A DNA stretch of 32,000 nt from NCBI GenBank assembly GCA_031256725.1, contig JAIRQE010000021.1, positions 90,001 to 122,000 of the forward strand. Reading direction: 5' to 3'. Source of the stretch: Propionibacteriaceae bacterium (GTDB taxonomy: Bacteria > Actinomycetota > Actinomycetes > Propionibacteriales > Propionibacteriaceae). Numbering within the stretch: position 1 is the first letter of the stretch; each line of letters starts with the position of its first letter. A model generated the notes under the pieces. That model had not been told where the DNA came from. It did no database searches and saw only the letters and a program-made list of their open reading frames with translations. Of this stretch, positions 7,524-14,976 are shown piece after piece. The position numbers and the translations under genes were made by a program.

Positions 7524-8519
7524 ATGTCCGACATGAACCCCAACACCCCTCCTCCCCAGGGTTATGCTCCACCAACCCAGCCGGTGCCGACCATGCCCGT
7601 TCCGCAGCAGACCAAGGCTGCAATGCCTGGCCCGGTCTCGGGAAAGAAGTCAATCCGTGAGAAGAGAGCCCCCTCAATCCCAGGATTGCTCGGCCTACTC
7701 CTGCTTCTTGCCCTGTGGGCCTTCGGCATCTATGAGATTTATCTAGGCTTCGAGCCCCTCTATAGTGTTGATGGTGAGCGCCTAGGCATCGGCGTACTGT
7801 GTATCGCCATCGCCCTCATCTTCCAAACCTCTTTTACGATCATTCAGCCCGGTGAGACCAAGGTTCTGCAGTTCCTGGGAAGCTATGTCGGAACGGTACG
7901 TGCTACAGGTCTGCGTATGACCCTCCCTCTAACCACCAAGCGCCGAGTCTCGGTAAGGGTACGCAACTTTGAAACCCGTGAGATCAAGGTTAATGATTCC
8001 CAAGGCAACCCTGTTGTGATTGGCGCCATCATCGTCTGGCAGGTACAAGACACCGCCCAGTCCACCTTCCAGGTCGAGCATTATGAGAATTTTGTTCACG
8101 TACAAGCAGAGGCCGCTCTACGACACATCGCGACCATTCACCCCTATGACAATGGTGAATCCGGTGAAGCAACCCTACGCGGAGCCACCGACCAGGTTGC
8201 AGCTGAGTTGGCCCAAGAAGTCGGCGAGCGGGTCTCCATCGCTGGGGTACGGATCCTCGAAACCAGGATCTCCTCCCTCTCCTATGCCCCAGAGATCGCC
8301 TCTGCGATGCTTCAACGTCAACAGGCTCAGGCTGTTTTGGCAGCACGCGCCAAGATCGTTGAGGGTGCCGTCACGATGGTTCAGTCCGCTTTGGCCCGTA
8401 TCGACTCTGACGGGATCGTTGAGATGGATGATGACCGTAAGGCAGCAATGGTTGCCAACCTGCTCGTCGTACTCTGCTCAGATTCACGTGCCATGCCTAC
8501 TGTGAATACTGGGTCTTAG
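7524..8519 (+). CDS. SPFH/band-7 (stomatin/prohibitin-like) domain membrane protein
   Basis: A Pro-rich N-terminus is followed by two TM helices and an SPFH core (IIQPGETKVLQFLGSYVGTVRATGLRMTLPL...IKVNDSQGNPVVIGAIIVWQVQD...ISSLSYAPEIASAMLQRQQAQAV). GAGAGG lies 6 nt before ATG 7524. ATG 7500 is an in-frame alternative, and GTG 7443 is unlikely. Confidence 0.85.
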   Translation: MSDMNPNTPPPQGYAPPTQPVPTMPVPQQTKAAMPGPVSGKKSIREKRAPSIPGLLGLLLLLALWAFGIYEIYLGFEPLYSVDGERLGIGVLCIAIALIFQTSFTIIQPGETKVLQFLGSYVGTVRATGLRMTLPLTTKRRVSVRVRNFETREIKVNDSQGNPVVIGAIIVWQVQDTAQSTFQVEHYENFVHVQAEAALRHIATIHPYDNGESGEATLRGATDQVAAELAQEVGERVSIAGVRILETRISSLSYAPEIASAMLQRQQAQAVLAARAKIVEGAVTMVQSALARIDSDGIVEMDDDRKAAMVANLLVVLCSDSRAMPTVNTGS

Positions 8520-8544
8520 TTTTAGTCGGAAGACTATTGTGATG

Positions 8545-8660
8545 GACAGAGGGTGTGGGATACATCTATCGTGAACACACTCGCGCAGTTGTTTCCTTTG
8601 GAAACGACTCCTCCGTTCGGGGATACGGTTCACGACAGATGTACCCCCACACCCTCTGAC
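8545..8660. repeat. long-form palindromic repeat element, copy A
   Basis: The outer arms CAGAGGGTGTGGG (8547-8559) and CCCACACCCTCTG (8646-8658) are exact complements. The arms extend to about 30 nt (…ATACATCTATCGTGAAC / GTTCACGACAGATGTACC…). There is an inner hairpin AGTTGTTTCC-TTT-GGAAACGACT. The element lies between the convergent SPFH and menB genes. Confidence 0.9.
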
Positions 8661-8671
8661 ATAATTAGCTA

Positions 8672-9583
8672 CTAGAAGTAGTACGGGAACTGGGACCAGT
8701 TGGGGTCCCTCTTCTCTAGGAAAGAGTCTCGGCCTTCTTGGGCTTCGTCGGTCATGTAAGCCAATCGTGTGGTTTCGCCTGCGAAAATCTGTTGACCGAC
8801 TAGACCATCATCTATGGCGTTGAAGGCGTACTTGAGCATCCTGATTGAGGTTGGTGACTTGGTTGCGATCATGGCTGCCCATTCGAGGCCGACTCTTTCT
8901 AGATCCTCGTGGGGTACGACTGCGTTGACTGTACCCATCTCGTAGGCTCGCTGAGCATCATAGGTCTCAGACAGGAAGAAGATCTCGCGGGCGATCTTTT
9001 GACCGACTTGTCGGGCGAGATAGGCCGACCCGAACCCAGCATCGAAGGAACCCACATCCGCATCGGTTTGCTTGAATCGGGCGTGTTCACGTGAAGCAAG
9101 AGTCATGTCGCATACAACGTGGAGACTATGTCCACCACCGGCAGCCCACCCGTTGACTAGGGCAATCACCGGTTTCGGCATGAATCGGATGAGGCGCTGT
9201 ACCTCGAGAATATGGAGCCGTCCAAGACTCGCACTTCTTTGTCGTGAATCCTTCGTTGCATTCCCCTCCTCATCACCCTCGTACTCGTAACCCTGCTTAC
9301 CGCGAACCCGCTGGTCACCACCCGAACAGAAGGCCCATCCTCCGTCCTTGGGGCTCGGTCCATTTCCCGTAAGGAGTACGCAGGCCACATCGGCAGACAT
9401 CCGAGCATGATCCAAAGCTGTGTACAACTCATCCACAGTCTGCGGCCGAAAAGCATTACGTACCTCAGGCCGACTAATCGCAATCCGCACGGCTGGCACC
9501 TTCACCGCCCGATGATAGGTGATGTCCTCAAAATCAAAGCCTGACACTTCAGCCCACTCACCTGGGCGAAAAGGTTGTTCCAT
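8672..9583 (-). CDS. menB: 1,4-dihydroxy-2-naphthoyl-CoA synthase
   Basis: 303 aa crotonase-fold protein with MenB-specific strings: RPEVRNAFRPQTVDEL, WAFCSGGDQRVRG, NGWAAGGGHSLHVVCDMTLASREHARFKQTDADVGSFDAGFGSAYLARQVGQK and the C-terminus FLEKRDPNWSQFPYYF. Confidence 0.95.
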   Translation of the reverse strand: MEQPFRPGEWAEVSGFDFEDITYHRAVKVPAVRIAISRPEVRNAFRPQTVDELYTALDHARMSADVACVLLTGNGPSPKDGGWAFCSGGDQRVRGKQGYEYEGDEEGNATKDSRQRSASLGRLHILEVQRLIRFMPKPVIALVNGWAAGGGHSLHVVCDMTLASREHARFKQTDADVGSFDAGFGSAYLARQVGQKIAREIFFLSETYDAQRAYEMGTVNAVVPHEDLERVGLEWAAMIATKSPTSIRMLKYAFNAIDDGLVGQQIFAGETTRLAYMTDEAQEGRDSFLEKRDPNWSQFPYYF

Positions 9584-9637
9584 AACTCAAGAGTATCGCT
9601 TGATTCACCACCAGTCCCCAAAGGACTTCCAAACGTA

Positions 9638-9744
9638 GTCAGAAGGTGTGGGGTACATCTGTCGTGAACCGTATCCCCGAACGGAGGAGTTGTTTCCAAA
9701 GGAAACAACTGCGCGAGTGTGTTCACGATAGATGTACCTCTGAC
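9638..9744. repeat. long-form palindromic repeat element, copy B (inverted relative to copy A)
   Basis: The reverse complement of 9638-9744 aligns with 8545-8660. There are identical runs of 44 and 39 nt, two substitutions, one 1-nt indel and an 8-nt terminal indel. The inner hairpin AGTTGTTTCC-AAA-GGAAACAACT is perfect here. Confidence 0.9.
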
Positions 9745-9948
9745 TACCCAAAACAAGAAGTACCACAAAGAATGTATATCTCATGTATAGGTCGGGTAGG
9801 AAGGATAAAAGGCGTGACCTTTTGCCTCAATGCCCTTCTCTCCTTCTCAGAACTTACGATTACCGATCAAGGAGGTGGTGAAACAGAGCTAGAAATGTGA
9901 AGTTTCGGCTATGTGGGAACACTGAAGCGGGATGACGGCACGAAGTGA

Positions 9949-11232
9949 TCACACTAGGTATTTGTACAGGATCGAAGCGGGATCAACGACTTCACCGCTC
10001 ACGGGACTGGCATTCAAACGTTGAAGGAAACTCTGGAAATCATCGGGGTTTCCCAGTTCTATGCCGACTAGGGCAGGACCAGTTTCGCGGTTCGACTTCT
10101 TGGTGTACTCAAAGAGAACGATGTCATCGTCGGGACCTAGTACCTCGTCTAGGAATCGGCGTAGGGCTCCGGGTTCCTGGGGGAAGGTGACGAGGAGGTA
10201 GTGCTTGCGTCCCTCAAAGACCAGGGAACGTTCGATGACTTCGGAGTACCGCGAAATGTCGTTGTTTCCGCCTGAAACCACACAAACAACCGTTTGACCA
10301 GGGGTAATAGCTAATGTTGTGTCCCTGGAGCCTCGCCGTAGCACTGCGCTCGCCAAAGCGCCAGCAGGCTCAGCGATGATCCCATCGGATTGGTAGAGGT
10401 TCAGGATCTCGGAGCATATCTGTCCCTCTGGGACTGCAACCATGTCGGGTCGAATCTGGGCGATGAGTTCGATGGTGAAAACACCAGCCTGTCCAACAGC
10501 AGCACCATCAACAAAGGAGTCGATTTGGTCGAGTTTCACAGGATGTCCAGCTTCAAGGGCTGCGATCATGCAGGCAGCGCCAGCGGGCTCAACCCCGACG
10601 ATGCGTGTCGTGGGATAGTGGGTCGCCATCCAGGAACCGCATCCGGCTAAGAGTCCACCACCACCCACGGGAAGGATGAGTACATCGGGGGCTCCACCAC
10701 CAAGCTGGTGAACAATCTCGCGGGCAACAGTACCCTGTCCTGAGATGGTTGCCAGGTGGTCGAAGGCTGGAACGAGGGTACGCCCCGATGCGAGCGCCCT
10801 CTCCTTGGCGATCTCCGATGAAGCATCATAGGTTTCCCCAGCGACTACCAGGTGTACCCGTGAACCTCCAAGGGTGGAGATCCGTTCCCTCTTTTGGCGT
10901 GACGTGGTTGTGGGTACAACGATCTCTCCGTCAATTCCAAGGGCGGAACAGGCGAAGGCGACCCCCTGCCCATGGTTCCCAGCAGAGGCACAGGTGACCC
11001 CTGCTTGTCGGGCGTCCTCGCCGAGCTCGCTCATGAGCTGATAGGCCCCCCTGAGTTTGTACGAGCGTACTGGGGAAAGATCCTCGCGTTTCAGGAGAAC
11101 CTTGGCCCCGGTTAACTCACTGAGACGCATATTGGGTTGAAGCGGGGTCTCGACCATAACCCGTCGCAGGGTCGTTGCGGCAGCATCCACGCGTTTGGCC
11201 ATCGCGGCTGGGGTATTTGCAGTGTCGACCAT
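9949..11232 (-). CDS. ilvA: threonine ammonia-lyase (biosynthetic threonine dehydratase)
   Basis: 427 aa. It has the PLP lysine motif SPVRSYKLRGAY, ASAGNHGQGVA, the glycine loop LPVGGGGLLAG and a single C-terminal ACT-like regulatory domain (HYLLVTFPQEPGALRRFL...). Confidence 0.92.
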   Translation of the reverse strand: MVDTANTPAAMAKRVDAAATTLRRVMVETPLQPNMRLSELTGAKVLLKREDLSPVRSYKLRGAYQLMSELGEDARQAGVTCASAGNHGQGVAFACSALGIDGEIVVPTTTSRQKRERISTLGGSRVHLVVAGETYDASSEIAKERALASGRTLVPAFDHLATISGQGTVAREIVHQLGGGAPDVLILPVGGGGLLAGCGSWMATHYPTTRIVGVEPAGAACMIAALEAGHPVKLDQIDSFVDGAAVGQAGVFTIELIAQIRPDMVAVPEGQICSEILNLYQSDGIIAEPAGALASAVLRRGSRDTTLAITPGQTVVCVVSGGNNDISRYSEVIERSLVFEGRKHYLLVTFPQEPGALRRFLDEVLGPDDDIVLFEYTKKSNRETGPALVGIELGNPDDFQSFLQRLNASPVSGEVVDPASILYKYLV

Positions 11233-11379
11233 GACGAATGACCTTACCGCAAGGATGGGTGGCTATGTCGTCATCCTGCGTACTGCGATCTGAGCCACAT
11301 GTACGCAGATGGTGGGGAAAGGGTATCTCTGGGAAAATGGGAGTCCAGGATAGGGGAGGGGCTGTCGTGTTGGATCATC

Positions 11380-11541
11380 ATGACAGTTGAACGGGCGCTG
11401 AGCGACCCTTCAACATCTGCGAAGACTTTGGGGGAGATCGCTGACAACTGCCCCGACTTGGTAGCGCATATGGCTCACTGGGGATGGGGAACTCGTAAAG
11501 CTCCGATGAGGGCACGCACGATCTTCAGGAACTGCATGTGA
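11380..11541 (+). CDS. doubtful small ORF (53 aa), possibly a gene remnant
   Basis: MTVERALSDPSTSAKTLGEIADNCPDLVAHMAHW... resembles the N-terminal 'DP.T....L..IA...P.L' repeat that I recall at the start of much larger actinobacterial proteins. Nothing follows it. There is no clear SD and the codon bias is weak. Confidence 0.2.
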   Translation: MTVERALSDPSTSAKTLGEIADNCPDLVAHMAHWGWGTRKAPMRARTIFRNCM

Positions 11542-11560
11542 GAAATCGAGAAACCCAAGG

Positions 11561-13087
11561 TCACATCGGTATCAGTTCTCCACGTTGATCAAGACGTACC
11601 ATGAGGGCAGCATCCTGACCATAGGTGGATTTGAGATTCCCATCAGTGGAGGTGGTGTACCCGACCGCAAGAATTTGCCCCTGCGGCGTGATGGAGGCCC
11701 CAAGGAAGACATCAGATCCAGAGCCACCATATATCCTGGACCACAGTTCGTTCCCAACAGAGGAATACCCCACTACCCAGGCATCACCAGCGGGCAAACC
11801 CTCTCCAGGGGAATCGGGTACCCCCGTAGCACCGATCGCAATGATGTCACCATAGGAGGTGACGACGAGATCATTGAAATAGTCGTGACCATCTCCGCCA
11901 GTTGATCTCATCCATTTTTCTTCCCCTGAAGAACTAAACCTTGTTAGCATCCCCTGACGCTCACCTGTGGTCAAACTCCGATAGCCGACAGCCACAATAT
12001 CCCCATCGGGAAGAATCTCAACAGCGGTGTAAGTATCCGACGTATCATAAAAAACGGAGCTGACCTCGCCGCTCTCATCAGTAAACATGCCTGATATTTC
12101 TATCGTTGCAGACTCAGAATCCCGTACATCCTCAAGAGCGGACTCTATTGATTCCGCAAACTCCATGTCGAAAATAAAGAAGGGGGTTCCCCAGACCATT
12201 TCACCTTGTGGGTCGAGTTTTATCAAGGCAGATGTGGCCCCCCAGTTTGAGTAGGCTGACCCGGTAATATAGATGTTCGAGTCTGCGTCTACAGCCACAT
12301 CTGAAGTACTGATCCAATGAGGAAATTGGTCAGTAAACTTTCGCTCCCAGGAATACTCATCACCATAAGCAGGATGCTTTCGTACGACGAGAATGGATTT
12401 CGCGGTGTCGTCTGGATCTACAGTACTGGTAGTGCTGTTATCCGCATCCTCAGGGGTGACGGTCGTGGTATTAGCCTTGGTTCCGACAACGACAAAACTA
12501 GAGTCGGGGCCAGCAGCAATCGCATTCCACGAGAGTCCGTCCTCAAGTATCTGTGCTTGTGGCAGGTTACGGTCGGTAAGGTGGGCCCATTCCAGAATCG
12601 CGATTGGCTGGCCGTCGTGGGCTTCCTGGCCAATGGTTCCGATCGTACCATCGGGAATAGAATCAAGACGCAAATACTTCCCATAGGGTACAAGTTCCCA
12701 CGTTGCTTCAGATCCTGAAACTAAAACTTTCAGCCCTTTGAATTCACCCTCCGAACCCCGGGATGCAAAGTCTCCGCCGTCTCCAGTTGTTGCCCCCACA
12801 GCGATGATCTGTCCATCAGGGGTAACCGTGACATCGTTCAGAAAACTGGTCCCACTGTTACACAGAGTGAGAATCCATGTGTCCCCAAACTTACTACATG
12901 GGTTTCCAAGGGTTTCATCGTGGCGAGAATCCCAAGCCGTGTACCCGAAATACCCTCCCACGACAAGGGTAAGTACCACAAAGGACACAATCCAGAGGAT
13001 CCCTTCCCGTTTCCGTTGGGGTTCCTTGTCCTGGTCAAGTACCTCTGGAAGATTAGTTATGGCCTGTTTAGCTTCAATGCGATCCAT
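11561..13087 (-). CDS. membrane-anchored beta-propeller repeat protein (SBBP / delta-60-like repeats), hypothetical
   Basis: One N-terminal TM helix (ILWIVSFVVLTLVVGGYFGY) is followed by about 7 repeats of [TL]P.G.I[IL]A[VI]G.T...G..DA.....G...W. Examples are TPDGQIIAVGATTGDGGDF, LPDGDIVAVGYRS...LTRFSSSGEEKW and ELWSRIYGGSGSDVFLGASITPQGQILAVGYTTS. AAGGAGG lies 8 nt before ATG 13087; the GTG 13093 in the track is too close to the SD. Confidence 0.75.
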   Translation of the reverse strand: MDRIEAKQAITNLPEVLDQDKEPQRKREGILWIVSFVVLTLVVGGYFGYTAWDSRHDETLGNPCSKFGDTWILTLCNSGTSFLNDVTVTPDGQIIAVGATTGDGGDFASRGSEGEFKGLKVLVSGSEATWELVPYGKYLRLDSIPDGTIGTIGQEAHDGQPIAILEWAHLTDRNLPQAQILEDGLSWNAIAAGPDSSFVVVGTKANTTTVTPEDADNSTTSTVDPDDTAKSILVVRKHPAYGDEYSWERKFTDQFPHWISTSDVAVDADSNIYITGSAYSNWGATSALIKLDPQGEMVWGTPFFIFDMEFAESIESALEDVRDSESATIEISGMFTDESGEVSSVFYDTSDTYTAVEILPDGDIVAVGYRSLTTGERQGMLTRFSSSGEEKWMRSTGGDGHDYFNDLVVTSYGDIIAIGATGVPDSPGEGLPAGDAWVVGYSSVGNELWSRIYGGSGSDVFLGASITPQGQILAVGYTTSTDGNLKSTYGQDAALMVRLDQRGELIPM

Positions 13088-13133
13088 CGCCACACCCTCC
13101 TTTAATCCGCTATTCTCATTTTTCCATAGATTA

Positions 13134-13250
13134 GGTGTCAGGGGGTGTCGGGGGACGTATCTCCTGACACAGATGTTATCAATATCCTATTGGGTTGGTG
13201 GTTGAGGTCGCATGGGTGTGTCAAGAGATACGTCCCCCGACACCCCCCCC
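13134..13250. repeat. short-form palindromic repeat element with 47-nt spacer and C8 tract
   Basis: GGGGGTGTCGGGGGACGTATCTCCTGACAC (13141-13170) pairs with GTGTCAAGAGATACGTCCCCCGACACCCCC (13218-13247) with one mismatch. The left end carries a duplicated GTGTCAGGGGG and the right end runs into C8 (13243-13250). It lies between the divergent propeller-protein gene and nuoA. Confidence 0.9.
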
Positions 13251-13390
13251 ATAGCACACAAGAAACTCAAAACTGTGTCTGGATCACGAGGGACGAATAT
13301 CCAGCCATACAGTAGGATCGACTTGGGTATGGATCTGTGTTCTATGCCAGATATCCAGCCCGACTATGTCACTTACGTGAAGGACATGAG

Positions 13391-13750
13391 ATGAATCTTT
13401 ATGCACCTATCATTGGGCTGCTCGCGCTAGCTGCGGGATTCATGGCTATAGCGATCCCCCTTTCGACCGTTCTTGGGCCTCGGCGCAAGAACAAGGCCAA
13501 GTACGAGGTCTACGAGTGTGGGGTCGAGGCGACTCCGCAACCTCAAGATGGTGGGCGGATCCCAGTGAAGTACTACATCACAGCCATGCTTTTCATCGTT
13601 TTCGATATTGAAATCGTCTTCCTCTATCCGTGGGCGGTTTCCTATCAGGCGATGGGTACATTCGCCCTAGTCGAGATGGTGTTGTTCATCGTGACCGTCT
13701 TTATTGCGTACATGTACGTCCTACGCCGTGGCGGCTTGAATTGGGATTGA
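13391..13750 (+). CDS. nuoA: NADH-quinone oxidoreductase subunit A
   Basis: 119 aa with three TM helices; [10 protein letters not shown] and [23 protein letters not shown] are present. GAAGGA lies 6 nt before ATG 13391; the track start at 13337 adds 18 non-homologous aa. Confidence 0.93.
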   Translation: MNLYAPIIGLLALAAGFMAIAIPLSTVLGPRRKNKAKYEVYECGVEATPQPQDGGRIPVKYYITAMLFIVFDIEIVFLYPWAVSYQAMGTFALVEMVLFIVTVFIAYMYVLRRGGLNWD

Positions 13751-13757
13751 GGAGACA

Positions 13758-14300
13758 ATGGGCATAGAAGATAAGGTTCCTGGATTCCTATTGACAACAG
13801 TCGAGGGGGTCTTTGGGTGGCTACGCCAGGCCTCGTTATGGCCGGCGACAATGGGTTTGGCCTGCTGTGCAATCGAGATGATGGCCTTCGGCGCCCCACG
13901 TTTCGATGCTGGTCGTTGGGGGCAAGAGGTTTTCCGCGCCTCACCACGTCAGGCCGACCTGATGATCGTCTCGGGTCGCCTTTCACAGAAGATGGCCCCG
14001 ATCGTGCGCCAGGTCTACGACCAGATGCCAAACCCCAAGTGGGTCATCTCCATGGGTGCCTGCGCCTCGACGGGTGGGTTGTTCAACAACTATGCCATCG
14101 TCCAGGGTTGCGACCATATCGTTCCAGTAGACATCTACATTCCCGGCTGCCCTCCGCGTCCAGACATGCTCATCGACGCCATCTTCAAGCTCAAGAAGAA
14201 GGAAGTCATGTGGAATCCGATCGGCAAGAATATCGCCGAGCAGGCCGCCGCGACCGAAGAGAGGGTCCTCGAAGCAGTGACCACCTTGGAGAGGGGATAG
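13758..14300 (+). CDS. nuoB: NADH-quinone oxidoreductase subunit B
   Basis: The N2 cluster ligands are present: [19 protein letters not shown] and IPGCPPRP. Confidence 0.97.
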   Translation: MGIEDKVPGFLLTTVEGVFGWLRQASLWPATMGLACCAIEMMAFGAPRFDAGRWGQEVFRASPRQADLMIVSGRLSQKMAPIVRQVYDQMPNPKWVISMGACASTGGLFNNYAIVQGCDHIVPVDIYIPGCPPRPDMLIDAIFKLKKKEVMWNPIGKNIAEQAAATEERVLEAVTTLERG

Positions 14301-14304
14301 CACC

Positions 14305-14976
14305 ATGACCGCGTCTGATGCCCTGGAACTCGCCACCGATGCGCCCACCATCCAACCTGTCCGTAAGGGCATGTGGGGCGGTGGACCTGGCGATGTCTCC
14401 GGTTTCGGTGGGATCTCCCGTCCCATACAGTACAATTCCCGCGCGACTAGGCCTTATGGTGGATGGTTCGACGAGGTTATTGACCAGGTTTTGGGGCTTG
14501 TGCCGGATTTACCTGAAGAGGTAAGTACAGACCGGGGCGAGTTGACCATCTATGTACCTAAGGATCTCATTCTTGAGGTTGTACGGGCCACTCGTGATGA
14601 TGCAGCGTTGAGGTTTGAGACCTGTACCTCTGTGTGCGCGGTACATTATCCCGATGATCTGGGTGCTGAACTCCATGTGGTGTACGCCCTGTTGTCGATG
14701 ACCCATAACCGTCGAATCCGTTTAGAGGTGGTGACCAGTGATGAGGATCCTGTGGTGCCATCGGTCGGTTCGGTTTACCCGCATACTGACTGGCATGAGC
14801 GCGAGATCTGGGACATGTTTGGTGTCATCTTCGAGGGCCATTCGAGTCTGACACGAATCCTTATGCCCGATGACTGGGATGGTCATCCAGGACGCAAGGA
14901 TTACCCCCTAGGTGGGATCACCATGAAGTTCAAGGGTGCCGAGGTACCCCCACCGGACGAGAGGAGGTCGTACTAA
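14305..14976 (+). CDS. nuoC: NADH-quinone oxidoreductase subunit C
   Basis: [20 protein letters not shown] and [14 protein letters not shown] are typical of the 30-kDa subunit. Confidence 0.95.
   Translation: MTASDALELATDAPTIQPVRKGMWGGGPGDVSGFGGISRPIQYNSRATRPYGGWFDEVIDQVLGLVPDLPEEVSTDRGELTIYVPKDLILEVVRATRDDAALRFETCTSVCAVHYPDDLGAELHVVYALLSMTHNRRIRLEVVTSDEDPVVPSVGSVYPHTDWHEREIWDMFGVIFEGHSSLTRILMPDDWDGHPGRKDYPLGGITMKFKGAEVPPPDERRSY

Noticed and set aside
9636-9746. TA target-site duplication flanking repeat copy B, which would suggest an IS630/mariner-type MITE
   Set aside because: TA flanks both ends of copy B only. Copies A and C and the short-form elements do not show matching flanks, so no TSD claim is justified.
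9745-9948. Small ORF (ATG 9772, 42 aa) or sRNA in the ilvA-menB spacer
   Set aside because: There is no SD and no conservation signal that I can assess. Only a weak hairpin (AAAAGG-tcacg-CCTTTT on the - strand) is present, and the region is probably just the ilvA 3' end and the menB promoter.
13817-14308. 163-aa +1-frame ORF overlapping nuoB
   Set aside because: It is an alternative frame of a gene with unambiguous NuoB motifs, and the product is Arg/Pro-rich junk.
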